Assembly (NCBI GenBank): GCA_010909165.1
Contig: MU008169.1
Span: forward strand, 558,001 to 622,000
Source: Anthoceros angustus
Taxonomy: Eukaryota; Plantae; Anthocerotophyta
Reading direction: 5' to 3'
Length of the DNA: 64,000 bases
Shown: positions 1 through 12,147 of the stretch, one piece after another
Position numbering within the stretch: position 1 is the stretch's first letter
Layout: each line of letters begins with the position of its first letter
Notes under the pieces: generated by a model
What the model saw: only the letters and a program-made list of their open reading frames with translations
Told to the model about the DNA's origin: nothing
Databases searched by the model: none
Translations under genes and position numbers: made by a program

Positions 1-955
1 TATGAATAATGGATCATTATTTGGATAATGGATCATTATTTAGAGAAAAATTGAAAGTAAAAGGTAGATAAAAAGGTGAAAATTTATCAAATTCTCCCCC
101 AAAAACATTTCACTCCCTCGGTTCCTCGCTTGATCTTGATTGCACTTTCTGGGCTAACAATATTATGTCATTCCGAATGTATTATTTGTCTTTATTTTAT
201 CGTTAAAATTGGGTCAGCCAATCCCGCCTAGGGAGTGAGCGACGAGCCAAGTGGAAGGAGAAATATACTAGGTTTATCGTATTTGAGGGACCTTTTTCTA
301 CAAGGTATGCTTCTCGTGCCAGGGTACCTACACGACTCGGTGAATGTGTTCAGCGTGGGTTCGAATAAAGCAGATGCCTTCATGCGGTCCTCCATGAGTT
401 GAGTGCAATGGGCGACCTGCGTATCACATGCAAGCCATAGAAACTGCATTTGTATCGATGGGCAACAAAATTGATGTTGTTACGTGAGCATTTGCGGGGG
501 GGCGGGCCTTGCATACAATGCAGGGCATGTGGACTGAGGAGCTGATTCCAGGTGCCATCTGTTGGACTGACATCTTCTGCCCTGCCCTGACTGCCCAGAC
601 TTCAGAATGAAGCACCATGTGAACTGTGTTGAACTGCCCTCATCTCTGCAAGTGAAGAAGTTGTTGGAGGGATGTCAGGGGTGTTGGAGTTGTCTTGCAT
701 GGAGACACCATGTGCACCCCCAGCACATAGCAGGCAGGACCACTTTCGATCCACTCTCTCATGGACTGACCTGAGATGCCGAGCCAGGATCGATCCTCAG
801 GAGCGCTCCCGGAACCCTGCAGGTTTGCCACTCTGCTTCCACACCATGTCTCAGTTTGAACAGGAATGGGGAGTTAAGCAAGCACATCCACCACAAGAAA
901 GAAAGCAATTTTCCCTGGCCTACACACTTGAGCACTGGCTTTTTCTTCCATTTTC

Positions 956-3719
956 TCACGGTCGACCCTTACAGCTGCAACAACCAGCTGCGAATCGATG
1001 CACTCGGTACCCATCCCTTACAACAATATCTCTTTGTTCAAGCCTTGACATTATCTCCGTGGAACTGTGGCAATCACTGCACATGCGTAGATTCTTCGTC
1101 ACCACCAGAGGTGTCCCACTCGGAGTGTTCAAGAGACCAAACGCCAGAGCTAGCTTCTCAGCATGCCCACAAAGCACATCTTCCTTTTCCTTCTCACACA
1201 CTGGCTTCAACACCAACTTTGTGTGTGGTACATGGCCCCCTTCCAGTTTCAGACGTGCATTCATGCTCCCCAACTTGAGCGCAATATCATCTCTGTTTTC
1301 TCCCACCACAAAAGAATGAACCTCCTTATTCACCTCAATGGTCGCCACTGCAGGTTTTTTGTTAGCTCCAGCTACCCTCCTCTGTGTTTCAATCCTGTCG
1401 ACATCGGTCCACCTACCTGCATCTGCATAGGCATTGGCCATGAGCACATAGGCAGGCGCCGCCTGGGGATCCAGCCTAACAATGCTTTCAAAACACGACA
1501 TCGCCCTCTCGATATCCCCGTGACTTTTGGAGGCAGTCAACAAAGACGTCAAGCCCACAACATCACTTTGGCCCTCACATGATAATAGCATCTTCTCTGC
1601 GTCATCTAAATGGCCAGCTCGCCCAAGAAGATCAATCATGCAGGTGTAATGCTCAATAGTAGGTTTGATGCCATGCTGTTCAGCCATGGAATTGAAGTGC
1701 TTGAGACCCTCGTGGACCAGCCCTTCATGACTGCATGCTGCTAGAAGGCAAGTAAAAGTAGCATCATTAGGCTGAATACCGGCAACTAACATATCCTCGA
1801 AACAAGCTAGTGCCTTGTGACCTTCATCACAATCACCATACCCAGATATCAGGGCGTCCATGTCACCACATCCTTTGTGTTCATGCTGTCAAAACCTGGC
1901 GTGCATCTTCCAGTTCACCACATTTTGCATACATGTCCACCAGGCAGTTGCCCACAACGTTATCCAGCAGTCCTCTTTCCACAATCTGTGAGTGCAGCTG
2001 CCTGCCCTTCTGTAAGGCACCAGTGCTTGCACAGGCCTTCAGAAGGCAAGCAAAAGTAACATGGTTAGCCAAAATGAGGCCCTGCTCCATTTGTCCATAC
2101 AAACAAGCGCCTCTTGGCCGAGTCCTTGCTGTGCATACCCAGCTATCAGGGCGGTCCATGTCACCACATCCTTTGTGGCTGTCAAAAACCTGGCGTGCAT
2201 CTTCCAGCTCACCACATTTTGCATACCCAGCAAGCAGCGCTGTCCATGTCACCACATTCTTTGAGTTCATGCTGTCAAAAACCTGGCGTGCATCTTCCAG
2301 TTCACCACATTTTGCATACATGTCCACCAGGCAGGTGCCCACCACTGAGTTGTCCAGCAGTCCTCTTTCCATGATCAATGAATGCAGCTGCCTGCCCTTC
2401 TGTAAGGCACCAGTGCTTCCACAGGCCTTCAGAAGGCAAGCAAAAGTAACATGGTTAGCCAAAATCCTCTCTCCATTTGTCCATACAGAACAAGCGCCTC
2501 TTGGCCGAGTCCTTGCTGCATACCCAGCTATCAGGGCATTCCATGTCACCACATCTTTGTGGCCATGCTGTCAAAACCTGGCGTGCATCTTCAGTTCACC
2601 ACATTTTGCATACCCAGCAATCAGGGCATTCCATGTCACCACATCCTTTGTTCATGCTGTCAAAACCTGGCGTGCATCTTTCAGTTCGCCACATTTTGCA
2701 TACATGTCCACCAGGCAATTGCCAACAAACAAGTTAGTGGGAATGCCACTGTGCAATACATCACAGTGCACTTTTCTGCCAGATTCCAAGTCGGCAGCAA
2801 ATGCACAAGCTTGTAGGGCAGCTACAAAGACGTGACCATTCGCCCTCACTCCTGACCTACGCATGTCATGGTACAGTTGTATGGCCTCATTATGTTTCCC
2901 ATGTTTAACATATGCAAAGATAATAGAACCCCACGTTTTAACATCTGGTTTGCCTACCCTGCTGAACACATCCATGGCCTCCTTTAGGCTACCTCCACAA
3001 GCATACATGCGCAAGATATGGTTCCCCAAGTATGCATTCAATTCGTACCCAAGTTTGACAGTGAGACGATGAACTCGACGCCCCACAACCAAGTCCTTTT
3101 CAGCTGTACACAGTTTCAGCACAGTGCAAAACAGAGACTGAGAAATAGCAGTGTCTTTCTGCGCCAGAGATTCCAGGGCTCCAACGGCCTCAGAAAGCTT
3201 CCCCTGCTGACATAACGTGCTCACGGTTACAGCCGTAACGACGCCCAATCCCGATCCTCCATGCCTGCCAGGTTCAGGCTCATCCGGAGAGCTCGACTTG
3301 GAAGAAGAGGCACCATAACCCATCTCCATATCCAAGGAAACGAGCTGCTCATCAACCCAATCTGGCTTGAACATGTTGTTTAACCACAGCACCTCGCCGG
3401 ACCCCTTACGCCGGAAGTCAGGCCAATGCGAACTCTTCTTATCTCGCCTGTTGTCCGACCACATGGTAGGGTCCCGAAAAAATTGTTGCCATAGGATCTC
3501 CTGCTCCTGGCGACAACCATCTCTGGAAAATCCATCCCCACGCACAGTTTTTCTCGGAAGTGGAGGTGCTGGGCTCCTTACACTGCTGTACCTGGAAGCA
3601 TGGTTGTTTGCCGTGGCTGGACTCCCTAAAGTGCGGTGAGCGGGAGCTTCTCGTACAATCCCTGTGCCTACACCAATTCGCCGGGTCGACAACGGGTCCG
3701 GTTGCCATACTGTGGCCAT
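956..3719 (-). CDS. PLS-class PPR-E-DYW:KP (GRP-type) organellar RNA editing factor, copy 1; frameshifted in the repeat array (about 1860-2650)
   Basis: ORF 956-1861 has E motifs, KKPAVATIEV in place of the PG box, HAEKLALA, CSDCH and a C-terminal CSCKGRP. ORFs 1881-2552 and 2652-3719 contain P/L/S motifs (LVDMYAKCGELEDARQVFD, VTWTALIAGYA, TFACLLKAC). Confidence 0.92.
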
Positions 3720-4179
3720 CGTGCAGGGACCACGGTCGGAAGAAGGCGTGCATCAATCACCCATCTGACCAAAGAAAAGGTGATACGCAGGCCCCTGGCC
3801 TGCTGAAAGACCAGATTGAAAAGGAACTCTTCATCTGGGGATTGTCAGACCAAACACCTTGCATACATGTACTGGGAACGCCTGTCCGGTCTGAGGTGCT
3901 CGCAGAATTTCAGGGCGGAAGTTCGGAAGTTACTGTTTCTCCAAATTATGGAATTTGCACGTCGGGAATCCACATCGGACAAGCAGCTGCGCAGGCTTCT
4001 CCATTTGAGCCCCCGAATTCAAGAGCCTCTGCTCCAGATTCACGAAATGCTGGCCCCGTAGTCGACTTTTTGATTGATTAGCGAAAACAGGCTGTTTCGA
4101 CCTCGCTGAAAGTGGCAATTTAGCATGGGCGACTAGTCAATAAAAAAAATATTGGAGCCTTCGCAGCAATGTATGGCAG

Positions 4180-4345
4180 CCCTTATTCTCGGGCAAAGGT
4201 AAAGGGGGGGAGTTTTAATCCCTTATTCTCGGGCAAAGGTAAAGGGAGGGAGTTTTAATGGGTGAGAAAATTTTTCCGAAGTCTCATAAAGATAAAAGTG
4301 GAGAGTTTTAATGGGTGAGGAAGTTTTTCCCAAGTCCCACATAAC
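4180..4345. repeat. Short direct repeats (40-bp unit x2, then a second degenerate pair)
   Basis: cccttattctcgggcaaaggtaaaggg(g/a)gggagttttaat starts at 4180 and 4220. gagttttaatgggtgag..tttttcc.aagtc occurs twice. Confidence 0.7.
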
Positions 4346-5199
4346 CTGCGAATGGTATCTAGGCATGTATTCAGATGACCTTGGGAAGAGTATAGTCTCT
4401 TTCGGTTGGGATGATACGATGTATAATATAAGGGAATCAGAGCCCTTGCTGAAGATTTCTCCCTGGGGTTTTTTTTATTATTTTTAAAATACCAAAATAA
4501 AAAAAATTCAGCATTGGCATTCGTTGGCAGCACATACGTTGTAGTGATGCTCACCAAACGTTATATTGGGTGGAAATAATTTAATTGATTGATACGCAAG
4601 TCCATTACAAAGGCCAACCCTCTATTAGGTGTATGTAGGTACTATGGTCGATATAATGGGGTTCAGCAGTGGTCCAACTAACTAGAGTTTGGAGGGCCTC
4701 AAAGCACATTTCACGCTCTTGGACTTCTTGCAAGGGAATTATTGTGTGTTCCTTGGGCAAGACCTAAAGATGAAAGTTAATCGAGGGTAGCAACTAAGGG
4801 CTTCCGCTTCCTCCACCTTGCACTCACAAAGAGCAACTAACTCCTGTAGACGCAAGCCAATGCCTGAGAGCTCTTTCTCCCCATTTCTTACGGTGCTTGT
4901 GACGTCACTTGCCTCTAATGGCGAAGCCAAGGCGGCAAGGGAGACTTCAAAATCCGGGGCACAAACTTTCTGAGGTCGGGCATGGTGGTGGGAGGGCGAT
5001 GACTGCCGCCGCCCAGCCCGAGGCCGACGGAGGGCGTGGCGATGGCGACAATGAGGGCGGCCGCATGCATGGTGTGGATGGGGGCGATGCCGTGCTGGCG
5101 GCGGACGGAGAGGCAAGGCCTGCGGTGCTGGCGGCAATCGCGGCAGGGGAGTGGGACTGGAGCGTGCCAGTGCGCTTGAGGAAGGTGGTGTACGGGAGG

Positions 5200-6560
5200 A
5201 ATCACTATGACAACACAGAATTCCGTGTTGAGAAATGCTAATAAGAACATGCACAAATATGACTCTGAAGAGCTAGACATTAGTGTAACCGAATTGATTG
5301 GAGCATTGATCCAATCAATGACTCTGAAGAGCAGGTGATGTACAGAAGAAGAGGCAGAGGAAGAGGTCAAAGTCGAGGCCGAAGCCGAGGCCACGGTAGA
5401 GGCTCCTCTTCACGTTCTATCATTCCTACACAACATACTTTTATTGAAGAGACTCCATCTTCTTTTACACCGCAAGAGGTAACAAGAAGGATGGAATTAT
5501 GTGTACTTGTTGCAGGAGATCCTGAATCACACGGACAAGGACTATCGGAAAATGAAGAATGGTGAGCCTAGGAAAAAGGCCCCACCTGGAGTGCAAGTTG
5601 CCATTAAGAAACAGTCTTCAGCAACACCATCAGCTCTCACTGTCTGCTTGACATCATCTAAGGCCTCTGACCCTTGCTAGTATTTAGATAGTCGAGTCCC
5701 TAACTAAAAGGCAGAAGTCTGTTCTCTTGGTGACGACCACAACCTTCCTATAGCTGGAGACGATCATGTTATTCTCAGATGCAATTCGGGTAAAGTTTTT
5801 CTCTTAAATAACATCTGCATGTACTATCCATGTGTAAAAACTTAGTGTCTACTGCTAGCTTATGTCTAGAATATACTTTGCAAATCACACTCCATGCAGG
5901 AAGTTGCTTCATTACTTATGTCACCAATACGTCATATGCCATCTGCACAGGCACATTAGAATATGGACTTTACAAGTTGTTAGTCCAAGTGGGTCCCACA
6001 CATTCCATCAATGAAGCGTCCCAAGATTTTGCTACACCATCCCAAACTGTGTTTTGGCATTGCCGTTTAGGTCACCCAAGTAGTAAAAAATTACTCCAAA
6101 TGTTTAAGGGAAACCTTAATAGAACTCTGTCTCTCCAAGATTGAACACCTACCTTGCTGTGAAGTTTGTGTCTTAACCAAAAGACATCAAGCTCCTTGTC
6201 AGATTATCTCACCATAGAGGGCTACATCATCTCTAAAGCTTATTCATACATACATTTGTGGTCCTCTCTTTAAACCCTCCTCTAGTGGTAGCAGATACTT
6301 TTTGACCTTTACAGAAGACTAAGTATCTCGCTTCGTCCTTACCTACATCCTGAAGAACAAGAGTGATGCTTATCATTTCTTCAAGGATTACATGGCTTGG
6401 GCAAAGAGGTTAACATATAAAAAACTCAAGATCTTACGTTCCGACAATGGTGGCGAGTTCACATCCAATGTATTTGCTGAGTTTTGTCGAGCTGAAGGCA
6501 TAGCTCAACAACTCACTATTGTACACACTCCTCAGCAAATTGGCGTAGCGGAAAATAAGA
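5200..6560 (+). mobile_element. Ty1/Copia LTR-retrotransposon remnant (gag, protease, pre-integrase, integrase fragments)
   Basis: RGRGRG-rich gag tail; LGDDHNLPIAG protease-like segment; FWHCRLGHPS, CEVCVL; KILRSDNGGEFTS..F..FC..EGI..QLT..HTPQQIGVAE. Multiple stops and frameshifts. Confidence 0.88.
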
Positions 6561-6578
6561 ATTTACGCCTACAAGAGA

Positions 6579-6800
6579 TCATAAATCACACAGACCACAA
6601 GATTTTGTCAATAAATCAGATGGATTCTCTTGAGTTTGAATGTAGTTAATGTCTATAGTCTTATTTTCTAATAGTTCTCTTATATAATGATACTCAACTG
6701 CTACGTGCTTAGTTCTAGAATGAAAGACAGGATTTCTAGCTAAAACTATTGCTCCCTGGCTATCACTAAACAAGGAGGATAGGTGTAAGTCACTATTGTA
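6579..6800 (-). mobile_element. Copia RNase H fragment, inverted relative to the adjacent integrase
   Basis: LFSDSQGAIVLARNPVFHSRTKHVAVEYHYIRE...ENPSDLLTK. Confidence 0.85.
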
Positions 6801-6869
6801 GCACCTAGTGCATGCATAGCAAGTGTTGTTGACCAGCATTTATGCTCAATCAATTGTTAAGGTCATACA

Positions 6870-6975
6870 CTTCCGAGATTTTCAAGCAAAGGATATTGAT
6901 GTTGATGAGCAAGTCCACTTTCGAATATTTTTGTAGAGAACTTTTACCTTTGCTTCAAAAGGAAGATTACGGAGT
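6870..6975 (+). mobile_element. Possible PIF/Harbinger transposase N-terminal fragment
   Basis: MSKSTFEYFCRELLPLLQKED resembles the Harbinger (FR)MSxxTFxxLxxxLxPxL motif. Very short. Confidence 0.45.
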
Positions 6976-8440
6976 ATTGCAAATGCAAATGGTGTGGATA
7001 CCTCCACTTTGCACGGCATTTTTATTCAATTTTGTGGCAAGAGTTCGGATACTACATCTTGACTACTAGTCTTAGATGAGATGGTCTTCTGTTGGACACA
7101 ATTTGTACGTCTTATATTTTATAAATTTCAAATATTCTCTTAAACAAATCTTACATGAGATGGCATGATCCAAATCGTCTGAAGAGATAAGAGGATTATG
7201 CGTTTTAGGTTTCACTTAATGTTGTTGTTGTTGGGGCCATTGACCAAAATCCTATTCCCATCATTGCGCTATACAAGAATCCTATGGATTACACCTTAGG
7301 AAACATTTCCACAGTTGCTTTCTTTGATACCAAACGCATGTTTTGGAACTATGTTATTAGATAGGCAGGCTAGGTAGAATAAATGATAGGAACTTATTCC
7401 AGAGGACAGAATGTGGAAAAAGATACGCACTAGGAATGTTGGGTCACAGAGTATGATCCACTTGATCGTTTTAGCGAAGAACAAAACATAACGAAATTAT
7501 ACACATCTCGAGGGGTCTGGAGTCACATCGACTTAGTTCACTAGGCTTCCTCTCGCTTGCGACACTGCCCATGCACTAACCGCCCCTTGCCAACGACGCC
7601 GCCTCACGCTGCGCGCTCACCGCCGCCCCAGATGCAGGCTCGCTTTCGCTGGTATGCCGCTCGCTGCCTCCTTCAATGAGGAAGTTCCTTATATGTAATA
7701 AACAAAGATGAATGATCTCATCTATGCCAATTCAATATTGAAAACAAGATCCTTAGAAAAGGAGTTCCTATTGTGTGAAGAACAAACATCTATTGTGAAA
7801 CTTCAAAATATAAATATAATAATTAGTAGTCATTAGAATCCAGTCTAGTCTAGTTTTTGGTGTATACTTAGTTATCGGGTCTATTTGCATAAAAAATAGT
7901 TATCCGATCTTGACTACTAAAAGTCTCTATATATGTAGTGGTCACCCATTGTTCATTTATTTTGTATGACACTTGTTTGCTTTGAGAGACTAGATTTTTA
8001 TTAGCGCCTATGCTATGTATTAACTTTGGTTTGGGGTCAAGCTATGTTTAATTATTATGTCTTGACGGATAAAGAGTCACTATATATGTAGATGTGGTGT
8101 TCATTTATTATTTATTTATTTTTGGAAAAAAGTGTTCGATTGAGACAATATATTTTTATTAGAAGTTATGCTATAAATTGATCCATCATGTTGTGAAGGG
8201 TCCTATTTCAACAAAGATATTTGAACTGTGGCCTCAAGCCTTACTACAAGGGAGATATACGAGCTATGGGGTCCTGAAGGGTGTTACAACATGGGACCTA
8301 TTACGGGCTATATGGTAGAGATCTCATGGCTAGGTTGTCACTCATCAAACGGGAGATGCAATATATCAAAAGCGAATACAATCAGTATATATATGTGATT
8401 TTCTTGTCTCACATCGCCTTCACTATTATATTCAACAAAA

Positions 8441-9079
8441 ATGGATGCAGAAAAACTTGGAAAGGGAGAACTAGCCTTGAACAACATAAATGGAGAAGAA
8501 TGTGAAGAAGGAGAGCTACTAGTGAACAACATGAATGATGTGCTATGGTCCAATCACCAAATTTTATGTTTGGAAGGTAGTGAACTCCAAACGGTCAACT
8601 GGGAGCGCGTGTATGAGGTTATCCAAGCTCATATAGATGTAACATATGCAAATGCAAGCGTCCATGTGAACATGTGTAAATGGTCAAGACATGTATTAGA
8701 CCTACACGGCCTAGCGATCGAGTGTTTTAAAAGATTTTGGGTAGAAGTACTGCACGGTCGACTAAGTAAGGATCCATTACCGGTATTCAATCAAGGACTG
8801 AAAGAACTAGCGGATTTGGAGGAGGGCATAAGATCTACAACGACATTAGTGACAATGAGAGGTATGACCCCTAGAGACCGGGTGGATCAATTCTTGAAGA
8901 ACTTTGTGGAACAAATCAACTACTTTATTCCTAAGCTACAATGTACAACAATTGAAAAAAAATATGCAAGACGTTCAGTAAAATTCTTCTCCAAAGCCTT
9001 GCAACTAATCAAAAGTCCAAAGGAGGCTTGGAATTACAAATTTGATGTTGAAACAGAGTTATTAAGTCACTTAGAATAA
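8441..9079 (+). CDS. Orphan intronless 212-aa ORF, copy 1 (function unknown)
   Basis: Open ORF. The paralog at 46543-47181 has the same length and no indels. I recognise no domain. Confidence 0.55.
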   Translation: MDAEKLGKGELALNNINGEECEEGELLVNNMNDVLWSNHQILCLEGSELQTVNWERVYEVIQAHIDVTYANASVHVNMCKWSRHVLDLHGLAIECFKRFWVEVLHGRLSKDPLPVFNQGLKELADLEEGIRSTTTLVTMRGMTPRDRVDQFLKNFVEQINYFIPKLQCTTIEKKYARRSVKFFSKALQLIKSPKEAWNYKFDVETELLSHLE

Positions 9080-9345
9080 CTTCTTTTCAAGAGGTTATCA
9101 CAAATATGTACTTGTCTTTTCTTTTGTCTAATCTATAAGAACATTTGGAAGGGTATGTACTTTTCTTTTCTTTCGACTAACCAATAAGAACATTTGGAAG
9201 GGTTTGGACATACTGTTTGGACAAACAGATTTTTCCAGAGTTTTCTCATCTTTGAAGAAGATGGATCTTCTAAGACTGCAGATTTATCTTAGATCTAGGC
9301 CTTACATTCTTTACATTCCATGTGGGTATTTATTGTTCTCCAGCC

Positions 9346-9454
9346 CGATGGCCTAATTATTTGGCCTTCCACCTCGATGGCCTAATTATTTGGCCTTCCA
9401 CCTCGATGGCCTAATTATTTGGCCTTCCACCCCGATGGCCTAATTATTTGGCCT
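9346..9454. repeat. 29-bp tandem repeat x about 4
   Basis: cgatggcctaattatttggccttccacct units start at 9346, 9375, 9404 and 9433. The paralogous site near 47452 has a single copy. Confidence 0.9.
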
Positions 9455-9794
9455 GCCATCCCACCATAGCCGAAGAGAAGGAAGCTCACTCGGCGAAAGT
9501 GAGATGGGCAAACTAGAAATTAACAACAAAAGTTCAACTACAGGGAAAATCTGGGTAGAGACGACGGAAAATTTGGAATGTTGTTGAGACTGCAAGGCAG
9601 TGTCTGCCACTACTAGCCCCAACCCTTCGCTTCCATGGTCTTTGCTTCAATGGTCTCTGCTTTCTAGTTATCTCATCTGACTAAACCTTTCCCTTTCATC
9701 TACGTAGCCAGCTCCTGTACAGAAAGTGAGGTATGCCTGTTCCGTTCTGCAACGCAAGACGAGATGTTGGACAATGCACTGCACAAGCCTCCCC

Positions 9795-11510
9795 TCAAGC
9801 TCCTGGCGCCTTGGGCCTTATGGTGAGCTCTGCTCGTAAGTGCAACACCCCTTCATGAAAATAGGGGCTGGCCTCAGACATGAATTGTGACCAGGGTAGA
9901 GCAAAGAGATTTCTGTAGCCCACAGCTTTGCCTCCCGTGAACAAGTAGTTGCCCTTGGACTTCGAGACGAACTCCCAGCTCGGTTTCATTCGGGCTGCAA
10001 ACTCGTAGCTCACCTCAAAGCTGACTGTACCTTTCCCCTGCATCCCCAGAAAAAGGCCGAAGCAGGGAAACAGGCTGAGATGATCCATGTTGCAGTGGGC
10101 GGACAAGAAAAAACCCTGCCCACCGAGGTGAAAGGCCTGCGAGTACACCCGCCCCTGCGGCCAGAGGGCCTTGCATTCCTCCATCTTGAGATCGAAGAAG
10201 ACAAGACACTGCTGGTAAGGAGAATCGAACTCCACCACCTTCACGGGCCTGTACTTGTAGGCCCTCTCACAGAATCTCCGGTGCCCGGTCTCCTCCTGAG
10301 CCAGCTGCTTCTGCCGGTAGGGCGGCTCAGCCCTGAAGGTGAGAGCCTCGAACACCAACTTCGAAGCCAGGTCGTGATCAAAATCGTTGCAGTTGAGCAC
10401 CTTCTTCAGCCTCCTGCTGGACATCATAGGAAACCGGATGATAGACACAAGCCTGGAAGCCAAAACCTCCCTTCTGTCCTCCGCCTTGGTATAATGCGCC
10501 CTAACCCACTTGAGGGCAAAATCATACACCGCATCCTCGGAAGCCACCTGCAACCCATCACTGGACAACACCGCCTCCACCCCCGCCAATGGCAAGCACA
10601 TCACATCCTCCGAGAACCGCCCGAAATCCTTATACTTCTCCGCCAGAAACTCCCTCGCAGCCTCGGTCAGCGGCTGGACTGCGTCCGGGGACAGCACACT
10701 GGTGGGCAGGTCCAGGTACAGCAGCGCGGACTCGATGGTCATGGGCATGGTTCTCAGCTTCCTGCTGCAGGCCCGCATGCAAGAAGCCACCTGGAACTTA
10801 TCCGCCGCCATGAGCACGTCCAGCATGGTGGCCGGGGTGCTGGCCTGGATCCGCCCGCTGTACATGAACTGCAGCAGGTCCAGCAGCGCCGTCTCCTCCC
10901 CCACGCAGATGCGGAGCTTGGCGTCCTTCTGCTCCGACTCCCGCATCCCGTTGGAAAAGAGCTTGTAGAAGAAGGGGCTCTTAGCGGCCAGGATGGCGGA
11001 ACTGATGTGAATCACCTTGCTACGCACCACGGTCCCGCTGCTCATGTTCCAATAAGTGCACGCCCCCGACCCGGCGTCCTCCTCCGGGGAGTTGGGGCAC
11101 GCGCTGCTCCCGGAGCCGTAGGGCTCCTCCACCATGGCCACCACGTCCTCGTCCCCGCACTCCTGCGGCCCGTCGTCCTCCACCAACTGGTGCCCCCCCA
11201 TCCCCCCCTGCTGCGCCTCCTGCACCTCCTCCGCCTGCTCCAGCATCGTTGACTCCCCCTCAAACCCTAGCTTGGAATGAGCTCCCTCCGCCGCGCCTCC
11301 CCCGCACTCCCGCCTCCGCTTCTTGTGCCTGGCGGCCCACATGTGGGCCGAGGAATTGCCGTCCCCATCCCCCTTCACGTCCGACGGCCCTGCCACAATC
11401 TCAATGCGAAGAATCCGATCGGAGAAGTTGCTGTCGTTGAAAGCGAAGGCGAAGTCCGGGGCGTCTGCCGTGCCCTGGTTGAACTCGTGGTCCATGCTGT
11501 GCTGCTCCAT
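9795..11510 (-). CDS. POB1: BTB/POZ-BACK protein, POB1/LRB family (CUL3 adaptor), intronless, 571 aa
   Basis: [19 protein letters not shown]; [27 protein letters not shown]; [14 protein letters not shown]; [24 protein letters not shown]; [13 protein letters not shown]; LHLRAELTI. Confidence 0.93.
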   Translation of the reverse strand: MEQHSMDHEFNQGTADAPDFAFAFNDSNFSDRILRIEIVAGPSDVKGDGDGNSSAHMWAARHKKRRRECGGGAAEGAHSKLGFEGESTMLEQAEEVQEAQQGGMGGHQLVEDDGPQECGDEDVVAMVEEPYGSGSSACPNSPEEDAGSGACTYWNMSSGTVVRSKVIHISSAILAAKSPFFYKLFSNGMRESEQKDAKLRICVGEETALLDLLQFMYSGRIQASTPATMLDVLMAADKFQVASCMRACSRKLRTMPMTIESALLYLDLPTSVLSPDAVQPLTEAAREFLAEKYKDFGRFSEDVMCLPLAGVEAVLSSDGLQVASEDAVYDFALKWVRAHYTKAEDRREVLASRLVSIIRFPMMSSRRLKKVLNCNDFDHDLASKLVFEALTFRAEPPYRQKQLAQEETGHRRFCERAYKYRPVKVVEFDSPYQQCLVFFDLKMEECKALWPQGRVYSQAFHLGGQGFFLSAHCNMDHLSLFPCFGLFLGMQGKGTVSFEVSYEFAARMKPSWEFVSKSKGNYLFTGGKAVGYRNLFALPWSQFMSEASPYFHEGVLHLRAELTIRPKAPGA

Positions 11511-12147
11511 CGCTTCCTTTCCCTCTGCCTACTTCTTCCTCGCTTTGCTTGCGCTCACGCGCCCGCAGCTGTCATCCGCAAGCTACAGCCTGCAAGCCAG
11601 GATCTCCGTCATCTGCTCCCTCCTGCTTCCGCAGAATAGCAGCCCGAGCCCTTGCCCGTCCCCGTTCCCATTCCGCACCCGGCCGAACAGGGCGGGTCGG
11701 CGCCCGGGCGCAGCGATCAGGTCACCACCGCGGCAGGTCGGATCGGCCTCGCTGCGATCCCGGTGTCTTGGCCGCTCACTCTCGCCTGCGCATGCCGGAA
11801 ACAAAAAAATGTGAGCCTTCGGAAGCCCAAGGGCAAGGCGAGGATCCCGTTGCGCCCAAGGGCATCCAAGCGACGATACGCCGGCAGAAACGCGGGAAAC
11901 CGAAACGGAAAGCCCTGCTCTTCCTCCAAGAAGGGAGTCTCCAAGACAATTTCAAATCTGGTTCAACTAAACTCGGTCCAACATGGTAGTAAGTCTAACC
12001 TAAGGATTAGGATTGGGACTAGGACTAGGACTAGGACTAGAACTAGGAAGAAACCTGATTACCAAAAAGGGATGCCACACTTGCTGTAATCGGATCGCCG
12101 GGTGGAATGTGCAGGAAAAATGTATGTAGGTACAATATTATGGCTCT

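Noticed and set aside
228-620. Short ORFs at the window start
   Set aside because: No recognisable domain or splice pattern that I can support.
6980-7480. Possible Gypsy integrase remnant on the minus strand
   Set aside because: Only vague motif resemblance across many stops; not supportable.
9346-9454. CRISPR-like direct repeats
   Set aside because: No spacers, no cas genes, eukaryotic context.
10080-11252. Long antisense ORFs over POB1 (also 48406-49455) and over the PPR genes
   Set aside because: Shadow ORFs caused by GC-rich codon usage on the sense strand.
12005-12050. Telomere-like (ACTAGG/ATTAGG)n
   Set aside because: Not TTTAGGG/TTAGGG; a short hexamer microsatellite.
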